Shown piece by piece: positions 44,845 to 53,038 of a stretch of DNA of 54,200 nt. The notes below the pieces were generated by a model that did not search any database, had not been told where the DNA came from, and was given only the letters and a program-made list of their open reading frames with translations. Made by a program: the position numbers and the translations under genes. Numbering within the stretch: the first letter of the stretch is position 1; each line of letters starts with the position of its first letter. This stretch comes from a virus. Lineage: Duplodnaviria > Caudoviricetes. Location of the stretch: positions 1 through 54,200 of the IMG/VR virus record IMGVR_UViG_3300027747_003745. One strand, given 5' to 3'.

Positions 44845-45453
44845 TTATATGTTTAAATTTTTATTAAAAACATCGATTTTATCATTCAAGAAAAGCTTGG
44901 AATCTAATATTAAATGACTTATAAATAAATGTATTATTTCTACATGTCCGTACGAATGTGAATTCAAATAATAATTAATATCACCTAATTTTTTTAGACT
45001 GTTGTCAGGATTAAATCCTGAAAAAGTCACAACAAAAGATCCTTTTCTTTTTGCGCTTATAGCAGCATTTAATATATTTTGTGAATTTCCGGAACTGCTA
45101 AAACAATAAACGATATCATCTTTTTCTGAAAACATCTCTATCGGTTTAGAGAAAACCTCAGGGAAAGAAAAATCATTAGATAAGCACGTTAATAAAGAAG
45201 AATCATTAAAATTCATAGATTTAACTTTTCCGTTTTTTAAATAGTCCGTAGTCTGGTGAGCACAAATACCAGCACTTCCTCCATTTCCGACCATTATTAC
45301 CTTTCCACTATTTTTCACAAGATCTTGGATCTTTTGAAGAATTTCTTCTATAGATTCTTCAAAAGATCTTTGATTATCCATTGCATCGGTTACCTCTATA
45401 GAATTAAGTGTTGTTAAAAATTTAGAAAAGTAATTATTAATAAAATGTTTCAT
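44845..45453 (-). CDS. gmhA: Sedoheptulose-7-phosphate isomerase (SIS domain)
   Basis: GNGGSA, LTCLSND, SSSGNSQNI, SYGHVE..H. Confidence 0.85.
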   Translation of the reverse strand: MKHFINNYFSKFLTTLNSIEVTDAMDNQRSFEESIEEILQKIQDLVKNSGKVIMVGNGGSAGICAHQTTDYLKNGKVKSMNFNDSSLLTCLSNDFSFPEVFSKPIEMFSEKDDIVYCFSSSGNSQNILNAAISAKRKGSFVVTFSGFNPDNSLKKLGDINYYLNSHSYGHVEIIHLFISHLILDSKLFLNDKIDVFNKNLNI

Positions 45454-45465
45454 ATTTTTTATTTT

Positions 45466-46407
45466 TTATTTCCAAAGATACTGATTATTTTTTTCATATT
45501 CATCCCTCTCGTTCTTGCAGAATTCATAGTCACGAAGATTCCCATTTCTATCCAGATAATCCCATTGAGGTATTAAAGAATCCCAGCAGGACCAATACCC
45601 GTCGCTTTTTTTATAATCAGCCCAGTACATAGGTGCTATAACTTTAACATTATTTTCATTCAGCCAAATAGGCCAAAAACTAAAGCTAGAAGCAGAAATT
45701 ATGGCATTTTTACAATTATAAAGAATTGACCAATCCATCCATATTGGTCCTCCTATATGATGTCCAGCTTTATTCTGATCATTTTCTCCTGAAGCTGAAC
45801 CCCCTATGATTTCTATAGAGGGAAAAATCCATTTTGCGTAATTCACATCATCCGTAATTATATAAAATTCCATATTTTTATTACGTTCTAGCATTTTTTC
45901 CACTCCTTTTACATAATAATCATGTCCCAGCATAGCTGTACTCCCAGAAAAATCGCCTCCTCTTATATGTATAATACAAATATTTTCCCCCGCATAATTA
46001 TATACTGAGAATCCTTTTTTTATTTCGATCCAAGAGTTTATTAATTCTTTATTATCTTTGATATACTCAAATGATTGTAGATTCCCGTCTATTTTAGTGT
46101 TATCCTTTAGTTTAAATAGATCTTCATCGAATTTTGAAATATCTAGACCGTTTGGGTGTGTAGTGCGTTTTTCTCTGTAATAATGGAGTATGTCTTCAGG
46201 TAAAGAATAAGGTGGTCCTCCTTCAGGTCCATTCCCTCCAAAAACTTTTTGACCGAAATCTATTTCTAAAAATTCTTTACCCTTAAATTTTTCAGTAGAC
46301 ATTACGCCATGTAGATGTCCCTTTTTATGAGCCACTATTTTAGTAACAAAATAATTCCATAATTGATTTCCTAAACCTTGACCATTATAAAATTCAGTTA
46401 CTATCAT
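45466..46407 (-). CDS. GT11 alpha-1,2-fucosyltransferase-like
   Basis: GQGLGNQL, IHIRGGDF, ITDD, SSFSFW. Confidence 0.85.
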   Translation of the reverse strand: MIVTEFYNGQGLGNQLWNYFVTKIVAHKKGHLHGVMSTEKFKGKEFLEIDFGQKVFGGNGPEGGPPYSLPEDILHYYREKRTTHPNGLDISKFDEDLFKLKDNTKIDGNLQSFEYIKDNKELINSWIEIKKGFSVYNYAGENICIIHIRGGDFSGSTAMLGHDYYVKGVEKMLERNKNMEFYIITDDVNYAKWIFPSIEIIGGSASGENDQNKAGHHIGGPIWMDWSILYNCKNAIISASSFSFWPIWLNENNVKVIAPMYWADYKKSDGYWSCWDSLIPQWDYLDRNGNLRDYEFCKNERDEYEKNNQYLWK

Positions 46408-46421
46408 TTAGATTATATTTA

Positions 46422-47207
46422 TTATTTTTTTATCATGTGTAGTTTAATCCATTCATCGGGTATTTGATGAACAGGACAAACAACCTTTGTTTTACATCCA
46501 CCTAACCACCAAGCACATTCAGTAAATGTACTACCTAATGATGCAACTAATTTTTTACGGCATTTTGATAATAATATTATTTCTACTAACGCTTGTAGAT
46601 TTTGTTCATAGTCATCAGTAACACCACTATCTATTATTTCATTTCTCTCATACATAAAACATCTATCACCATATTTTTCTTTATAATAATTTTTAATTCC
46701 TAAACTATCTGACGCAATAAAAAAAATATCATTTTTATCATTTATCTCTTTTTCAAATCCGTCATAATCAACAAACTTATCTCTACCAAAACAAGGTGTC
46801 ATACTTCTAATATTTAACCCAATTAAATTATCAAAATCCCAAGTTTTTGATATTTCATTTACTCTATTTATTACATCTTCGTTAAACTCAAGCGATCCCC
46901 AAATCGGTAGGTATTTATCTATAAAATATTTTGGGGTATCGTTATATAGAAAGTCAATAGTTTTATAGTCTTGTATAAAAGATTCTTCTTCTGGATCAAC
47001 TAGCAATTGCCAAACACTTGCAGTGTGTGGATATTTTGCAATATCATCTACAGAAGCCAATCCGAAATTCTTAAAAAAAATTGCATCACTTGGTTTTTCG
47101 ACTAAAATGCTTTCGTATCTAGCCATATGTGATATATAGGATTTTAACCTATTACCTAATCCGGCAGAACGTAGCACAACAAAAGTGCCTTTATTTTTTT
47201 CTATCAT
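46422..47207 (-). CDS. GT-B fucosyltransferase-like protein (GT11/GT23/O-FucT superfamily)
   Basis: AGLGNRL, GLNIRS, FIASDS, STFTECAWW. Confidence 0.65.
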   Translation of the reverse strand: MIEKNKGTFVVLRSAGLGNRLKSYISHMARYESILVEKPSDAIFFKNFGLASVDDIAKYPHTASVWQLLVDPEEESFIQDYKTIDFLYNDTPKYFIDKYLPIWGSLEFNEDVINRVNEISKTWDFDNLIGLNIRSMTPCFGRDKFVDYDGFEKEINDKNDIFFIASDSLGIKNYYKEKYGDRCFMYERNEIIDSGVTDDYEQNLQALVEIILLSKCRKKLVASLGSTFTECAWWLGGCKTKVVCPVHQIPDEWIKLHMIKK

Positions 47208-47323
47208 AATTTTTTATTTTTTAAGTTAATGAAATCTTGTGTGTCTCTCCCGTCTGCGCACCCTATTTCTAAGATTGTCGGGTTTTCTTTTCCGATTAGT
47301 TCCTTGATTCTTGTTTTATCCAT
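47204..47323 (-). pseudogene. Truncated FkbM-like methyltransferase remnant (39 aa)
   Basis: Manual translation MDKTRIKELIGKENPTILEIGCADGRDTQDFINLKNKKL*; contains SAM motif I (ILEIGCADG) and then ends. Confidence 0.7.
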
Positions 47324-47972
47324 TTTTTATCCATTTTGAATTTTTACCGTGAAACCCGAATGGGATAATCCCATATATCTCGGGTATTGTATTTTCGTGT
47401 GAGAAATATTTAGCAACTTCTAATGGAGCGAATTTACACCCATTTTCTTCATATATGTTCCTGTACATAGCACATATAAATCCATCTTCATTATAGAACC
47501 CATGAAAAGATTTCCATTCTAAATTTAGATTGTTTGGAAGATCTATTAATTTTTTACTTCTTAATGAAAATCCACCGTTACCGACTCTGAAGATATTACC
47601 AAAAATATCCCGATACGAAAAGCTATCTTCAGGTAAAGTAAACGGTGCTCCTATATAGTCATATTCTAAAAAACTATCACTCCACGATTCTGAATTAACA
47701 ACATATCCATCCGCTTGAACTATTAAAGCAAATTCCGTTTCTATGTATTTCCCTAGATTGTATATCATATTATAGCTATACTCATCTATGCTGTTTATTC
47801 TTTCTATATAGCAAAATTCTATAAAATCCGGAAGATTGGTTGGTTTTTCGTGTGAGATTAGCTTTACTGCCCCGTATTTTATATTAGAACATGACTTTTC
47901 GATAGCTTTGATTGTAAGATCTAAACTAACAGATGACATAGAAACTAAAGTTACATTTTTTAATTCGAGCAT
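47316..47972 (-). CDS. DUF5672-like putative glycosyltransferase
   Basis: LIVQADG, YDYIGAP, VGNGGFSLRSKK, NED, FGFHG. Confidence 0.8.
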   Translation of the reverse strand: MLELKNVTLVSMSSVSLDLTIKAIEKSCSNIKYGAVKLISHEKPTNLPDFIEFCYIERINSIDEYSYNMIYNLGKYIETEFALIVQADGYVVNSESWSDSFLEYDYIGAPFTLPEDSFSYRDIFGNIFRVGNGGFSLRSKKLIDLPNNLNLEWKSFHGFYNEDGFICAMYRNIYEENGCKFAPLEVAKYFSHENTIPEIYGIIPFGFHGKNSKWIKNG

Positions 47973-47974
47973 AT

Positions 47975-48538
47975 TTAGATCTTTTTTAATATGGTCAAAC
48001 CATTATTGTTAGTTAATCTTTCATTTATTACCCATTCTTTATTATCTATGAATTCTTCTACTGCCCTCCATATTCCTTCTTTACCTTTAGTTTCTCCCTT
48101 ATCCGCGAAATGTGTAGTGTCATGAAGGATAATATACTTTTTACACAAGGAAGAATGTATATTGAGTTCTTTCTTAAGCTGATCGTAATCGTGGAGGGTA
48201 TCAATAAATAAAAGATCACATTCTATAGGATTTGTTTTTAAGCTATCACCTAATATAAATTTAAAATCTATCCCATTCTCTTCTGAAAGTTTCTCAACTA
48301 GGTTAAGATTGCAACCTCCAGGATCGTGATTTATATAATCCTTCGGGTGTATGATATCTAATGATATCAATTTCTTAGGCTTAGCAGAAAGAAATGCCCA
48401 GGTAGAAACTATACTTCTCACACCCATTTCTAATACTATCTCACATTCCTCAGCATATTTTTTTAATACTGGTAAATGCTCATGTATATCTGATGGTGTG
48501 TTGCATTTTTTCTCGTAAATCTGATTAATTAAATCCAT
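47975..48538 (-). CDS. Class I SAM-dependent methyltransferase (Methyltransf_24-like)
   Basis: LEMGVR, DLLFIDTLH, ILHDT, NNGLTIL. Confidence 0.85.
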   Translation of the reverse strand: MDLINQIYEKKCNTPSDIHEHLPVLKKYAEECEIVLEMGVRSIVSTWAFLSAKPKKLISLDIIHPKDYINHDPGGCNLNLVEKLSEENGIDFKFILGDSLKTNPIECDLLFIDTLHDYDQLKKELNIHSSLCKKYIILHDTTHFADKGETKGKEGIWRAVEEFIDNKEWVINERLTNNNGLTILKKI

Positions 48539-49232
48539 AATTGTGTTTTTTTAATATATATTGATGTTCAAATTCCGCTGTTATATTATCGACCGTTTTA
48601 GTCAGTTGACCCCCCCAGTGACGATTCGCAACATTAGTTTCCTTTAGATAAAAGGGTTCTCCGTATTTTTGATATAATCTATAGTAATAATCACAGTCCA
48701 TTAGCCAAATAAAATTTGGGTCAAATAGCTCCTTATCCTCCGAATTAATAAAAGAGAGAACACTAGGAGAGCTTATCCTATTATTACCCTCGAGAATATT
48801 TTTAGTGTACATTGGATCCATATATTCATAATAATCTGATCCATTTTTGGTATGACAACACGAGGTAACTAACCATTTAATTTTTGCATTCTCTTTATAA
48901 ACTTTAACTATATCCTCTATACTTCTTTCGTGGTATAAAAAATCATCCTGAAATATAATTTTAATAATATCACCCTTAGCTAATTTTATTGCTTCATTTA
49001 AATTAGCAGAGGAATTACCCCTCATATTTTTATTTTTTATATAGGATATCTCCAAACCTTTTTTTGAAAATTCATCGCAAATTTTTAATATAGAATCATC
49101 ATTGCTGTGATCAGAAATTACAACTTCTATATCTTTATAAGTCTGATATAAAATTTTAGACAAATTTACGTATAAAAATGTTGCTCCTATATTATGCATT
49201 TCGTAACAAGGTATGCAAATTGAAACTTTCAT
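48525..49232 (-). CDS. GT2 family glycosyltransferase
   Basis: VSICIPCY, VVISDHS, FQDDF, SPS, MDCDYY; ATG 49232 preferred. Confidence 0.88.
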   Translation of the reverse strand: MKVSICIPCYEMHNIGATFLYVNLSKILYQTYKDIEVVISDHSNDDSILKICDEFSKKGLEISYIKNKNMRGNSSANLNEAIKLAKGDIIKIIFQDDFLYHERSIEDIVKVYKENAKIKWLVTSCCHTKNGSDYYEYMDPMYTKNILEGNNRISSPSVLSFINSEDKELFDPNFIWLMDCDYYYRLYQKYGEPFYLKETNVANRHWGGQLTKTVDNITAEFEHQYILKKHNYGFN

Positions 49233-49234
49233 AA

Positions 49235-49864
49235 TTACCAAATTAATCCTTTATTTTTAATATCGATATTTTCTGGATAAATTCCGGCCCTATTTAAGAT
49301 TACCCCAGTTAAAACATCTTCGAAAATAGATGTTTCGTAAATTCCAAATTCATTCTCCATAAGGATTACATTTTCTTTTCCTATATAGTATCCACCGCCA
49401 GCACAATATTTAGATTGCGGTACTGTAGCACTGTTATGATTCCAATATTCAGATTCGCATTTTCCCCAATGATACGTTGATTCGTATCCATTAACTATAT
49501 TAACTTCCAGACCATAATAATTTTTATCCAAGTTTTCCAGCAGCATCTTATGTATGAGAAGCGGATTTACCTCAATATCATCATCTGTCTTTAAAATACC
49601 CCTTGTTGAATCTGAAAAATTCTCAAGATAAAATTTCAAAATGCCTCTTGTTTTTAGAGGGAGGGATTCATAATTATCGGGAACCTTAAGGTAAACTATT
49701 CTTTCTTTTTCGTCTACCTTATATTCATCCTCTATCCTTGGATCCCCTATAAAATAATAATACTCTATGTCTTGTATATTTGTCTCTTTCCAGACCTTTG
49801 CCTGCTGATCTCTTTTAACGCTACCCTTATGGGAGATGATCCCGATAAAAAACTTATTCTCCAT
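49235..49864 (-). CDS. GT31 family galactosyltransferase-like
   Basis: DNYESLPLKT, KTDDD, YCAGGGY, EDVLTG. Confidence 0.8.
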   Translation of the reverse strand: MENKFFIGIISHKGSVKRDQQAKVWKETNIQDIEYYYFIGDPRIEDEYKVDEKERIVYLKVPDNYESLPLKTRGILKFYLENFSDSTRGILKTDDDIEVNPLLIHKMLLENLDKNYYGLEVNIVNGYESTYHWGKCESEYWNHNSATVPQSKYCAGGGYYIGKENVILMENEFGIYETSIFEDVLTGVILNRAGIYPENIDIKNKGLIW

Positions 49865-49865
49865 A

Positions 49866-50612
49866 TTATATAGAATCTATTTTTTGATATTTTTCTTTGC
49901 TTCTTATGTAATTAGCTACCTCAACCTGACGATTGACCTTTGTTGCTCCATCACGTGTTGGATTTGCCACATTATAAACAAGTAAAACCTTATCTATAAA
50001 TCTGCTTCTATGCCCAGACATCTCCAGCATAGGAAACATGAAAGCTTGATCTCCGGTAACGTCTAACCATTCTCCATTGGGAAATTTAAAATCATCCTCC
50101 TTTATTTTTAGAAAAAGTTCTCTTCTATACGTTCTTAAGTGTGAAGCAAGCCAATTATAATTTCTGAAATAATTTCCCTCTATTATTTCTTGTGGATATG
50201 AACGATAATCCCCTGGGATATTACCTGTTGGATATTCCTCATATCTTCCGTATGTCATCCATATATCTTCTTTTTCATACACAGAAGCTACTGTTTTTAA
50301 TACGCTGTTATCTTTTAACCAATCATCTCCATCTATTGAAACCACAATAGAATTAGGTTTACACTCTTTGGTCAATAGAAAAATATTTCTGACCTGCGAG
50401 TACATCTTTTCATTGTTTTGAATTGCTCTTACTCTATCAGGAAACTCTGATTCTATTTTTTTACAGATATCAAAAGTTCCATCTGTTGAAATGTCATCAA
50501 GTACGATAACCTCAAAGTTTGGGTAGTCTTGTTCTGCGCAACTTCTGAGGCATCTCTCTATCCATTGAACATGGTTAAAAGTGTTTATTGTTATACTAAA
50601 AAAATTATTCAT
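49866..50612 (-). CDS. GT2 family glycosyltransferase
   Basis: CLRSCAEQDY, DDISTDGT, IDGDDW, SHLRTY. Confidence 0.88.
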   Translation of the reverse strand: MNNFFSITINTFNHVQWIERCLRSCAEQDYPNFEVIVLDDISTDGTFDICKKIESEFPDRVRAIQNNEKMYSQVRNIFLLTKECKPNSIVVSIDGDDWLKDNSVLKTVASVYEKEDIWMTYGRYEEYPTGNIPGDYRSYPQEIIEGNYFRNYNWLASHLRTYRRELFLKIKEDDFKFPNGEWLDVTGDQAFMFPMLEMSGHRSRFIDKVLLVYNVANPTRDGATKVNRQVEVANYIRSKEKYQKIDSI

Positions 50613-50615
50613 TTT

Positions 50616-51467
50616 TTAAATTTTTATCCAATTTTGACAATATAGATCGGATGTATCATGATCAATTGCTGGGCCAAACCATTTAGAGGGAGCAATTACT
50701 TTTTTATCTGAATTCTTATTTAGCCATGCGCCCCACCAGCTAAATGAGCTATTTGCTATAATGTGATGATCGCATAGACTCATTGCACAAAGTTCTAGAT
50801 ACTGATCAGCAAGATCTGATATTATATAATCTTCTCCAAAAAACTCAGTTTTACACCATTCAGGATCATCAGAAAATATCAAAAATTTTACATCTGGTAT
50901 CTCTGATTTAATCAGATCTATCGCTGTTCTATAATAAAGTTTAGAACAAACTGGGTGATGGTTTGGATACATCACATAATCACCTCTTCTTATGTGAATA
51001 GAAACTATTCTTTTATCGATATTGTTTCTTCTTATTGATTGCACATAATCTGAAGCAGACTTGAAATACTGCGGTTTAAATGTGAATTGAGAAAGTATAA
51101 GATCTCTGTGTTCTAAGAAGTATTTTTCGGTTTGAAAATAACCTATCAAAGTCATACTGTCTCGGATATTTAAAATTCCAGGATCGTATTTAAAAGAAGC
51201 CTCCTGATAATATGATGATATTCCCATCCCATCTAGTTCTGTAAAATAAGATGGATCTATATCAAAGCATTCTAATAGATCACACTTAACCTCCATGTTT
51301 TCATTTTTCTCTGGTATAAAGGGACCAGCTTTTTCCAGTTTTGTGCAGTTCTCTATTGGAAATTTAACACCAATCCCCAATTTACCTCCAATTCCTATCG
51401 TGGAAGCAAACTGAAACATTTGGTTGCCAAGTCTTCCCAAATACCCAATTTGATGAAATGTGATCAT
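50616..51467 (-). CDS. GT11 alpha-1,2-fucosyltransferase-like
   Basis: GRLGNQMFQ, GYFQTEKYF, HIRRGDY, FSDD, IANSSFSWWGAWL. Confidence 0.93.
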   Translation of the reverse strand: MITFHQIGYLGRLGNQMFQFASTIGIGGKLGIGVKFPIENCTKLEKAGPFIPEKNENMEVKCDLLECFDIDPSYFTELDGMGISSYYQEASFKYDPGILNIRDSMTLIGYFQTEKYFLEHRDLILSQFTFKPQYFKSASDYVQSIRRNNIDKRIVSIHIRRGDYVMYPNHHPVCSKLYYRTAIDLIKSEIPDVKFLIFSDDPEWCKTEFFGEDYIISDLADQYLELCAMSLCDHHIIANSSFSWWGAWLNKNSDKKVIAPSKWFGPAIDHDTSDLYCQNWIKI

Positions 51468-51484
51468 AAAGATAATCTTAAAAA

Positions 51485-51513
51485 TTTTTAGTTGTTTATG
51501 GTATTTTAGTTTC
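51485..51513 (-). promoter_or_regulatory. Putative ECF-type promoter GAAAC-N18-TAAAAA at the head of the glycan operon
   Basis: Back-to-back with a plus-strand copy. Confidence 0.55.
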
Positions 51514-51520
51514 GTATATT

Positions 51521-51549
51521 GGAACTAAAAATGATAATTGTTGTAGAAA
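51521..51549 (+). promoter_or_regulatory. Putative ECF-type promoter GGAAC-N18-TAGAAA
   Basis: Upstream of the GT7 gene, divergent from 51485-51513. Confidence 0.5.
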
Positions 51550-51564
51550 AATAAAAGTGTTTAA

Positions 51565-52224
51565 ATGAAAAAGCTCTCTATAGTTGTTCCGTACAGGGAT
51601 AGGAAATCACATCTAGAAGAATTCGTTCCGTTTATGGAAAAATTTCTATCCGAAGAAGGAATAGATTATGAAATATTTATCATAGAGCAATCTGATGATA
51701 AGCCTTTTAATAGAGCCAAGCTTTTGAATGTAGGGTTTAAAGAATCCGAAGGATTTGATTACTTTGCCTTCCATGACGTTGACATGCTTCCGCTTGACTC
51801 TGATTATAGCTATCCAGATGGACCGACCCACTTGGCCTCAGAGGTTGAACAGTTTGGATGGGGTTTACCCTATGATGGATACTTCGGAGGGGTTACTCTT
51901 TTTGACAAAGAGAGCTTCTTAAAAATAAATGGATATGCTAATGAGTATTGGGGATGGGGAGCAGAGGATGATGACGTTCTAATGAGATGTGCTATTAACG
52001 AGATTAGCACATACAGAAAGCAATGTCGTTACAGATCATTAGATCACAATAGAGATATAGATCGATCTCTATACACTAGAAATCTAGGTAAGCTTGGAGT
52101 TTTTACCAACGCAAAGGATTCGATAGATATCTCAAAGAAAGAGGGCCTAAGTAACTTAGAATACGAAAAAATAGAAGAGGTGAAAATAACAGAAAGATCT
52201 AAGATTGTCAAGGTTAAGATATAG
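51565..52224 (+). CDS. GT7 beta-1,4-galactosyltransferase-like
   Basis: IVVPYRDR, PFNRAKLLNVG, FHDVD, YFGGV, INGY-x-N-x-YWGWGAEDDD. Confidence 0.93.
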   Translation: MKKLSIVVPYRDRKSHLEEFVPFMEKFLSEEGIDYEIFIIEQSDDKPFNRAKLLNVGFKESEGFDYFAFHDVDMLPLDSDYSYPDGPTHLASEVEQFGWGLPYDGYFGGVTLFDKESFLKINGYANEYWGWGAEDDDVLMRCAINEISTYRKQCRYRSLDHNRDIDRSLYTRNLGKLGVFTNAKDSIDISKKEGLSNLEYEKIEEVKITERSKIVKVKI

Positions 52225-52226
52225 AT

Positions 52227-52778
52227 ATGACAAATAAGCTGAAAGATATTAAAAAAAATAAGCTGGTCATTTTTGACTTGGATGATACTCTAGTTAAGAC
52301 AGATGCGAAGACTAAGATAGTTGATTCTAAAACCGGGAAGGTTATCAGGGAATTAACACCGGAGGAGTTTAACAAATTCAAAAAAACAAGAAAGCATATT
52401 ATAAATTACGATGACTTTGAATCTCCTGAAATTCTAAGACAGGGGAAAATCATAAAAAGTGTTTTCTCAAAACTTGTTAGATATTACAAAAATTCAGTCC
52501 CTGTCGCTATATTAACAGCTAGAAGTTCTAAAGATCTAGTTAGGAATTTTTTTCTAGAGAATGGAATAGATATACATCCATCTTTAGTTGTTGCAGTACA
52601 TGATCCATCTTGTCCTTACGAGGGAAGTATACCAGAAAGAAAGCAGCAGGCAATCAAAGATTTTATTGAGGATGGGTACACAGATTTGATATTTTTCGAC
52701 GATGACGAGGATAACCTAAGGTTAGCTAAAGAGGTAGAAAACCATATTGATTGTAAAATCAAGATAATAAAGGTTTAA
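52227..52778 (+). CDS. HAD-superfamily phosphatase
   Basis: FDLDDTL (motif I), LTAR (motif II), K, FFDDD (motif IV). Confidence 0.85.
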   Translation: MTNKLKDIKKNKLVIFDLDDTLVKTDAKTKIVDSKTGKVIRELTPEEFNKFKKTRKHIINYDDFESPEILRQGKIIKSVFSKLVRYYKNSVPVAILTARSSKDLVRNFFLENGIDIHPSLVVAVHDPSCPYEGSIPERKQQAIKDFIEDGYTDLIFFDDDEDNLRLAKEVENHIDCKIKIIKV

Positions 52779-52984
52779 ATATCCTTTCTAAGATCATCCA
52801 ATACCCGATTCACAGTATTCCTTAAATGCTCTAAATTCTTATGAAGCATAATCGGATCGTCATTTTTTAGCAAATAATTTATAGTTTCAAGTGATCCTAG
52901 AGAGTAAGCTATTTTACTCTTTAGCATAATATTTTCTTTAATTAAGGTTGCCTCTGGGTTATCTTTCTTAGTTTTAGATTCCAT
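52775..52984 (-). CDS. Small hypothetical protein
   Basis: 69 aa ORF filling the gap between two plus-strand genes. Confidence 0.5.
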   Translation of the reverse strand: MESKTKKDNPEATLIKENIMLKSKIAYSLGSLETINYLLKNDDPIMLHKNLEHLRNTVNRVLDDLRKDI

Positions 52985-52999
52985 AAAGATTATTTTTGT

Positions 53000-53007
53000 G
53001 ATATATA
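53000..53007 (+). promoter_or_regulatory. Putative late promoter GATATATA
   Basis: On the plus strand upstream of the plus-strand gene at 53039, so the motif follows gene orientation. Confidence 0.65.
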
Positions 53008-53038
53008 ATCAAAACGACAAAAAACCATAAATTATCAT

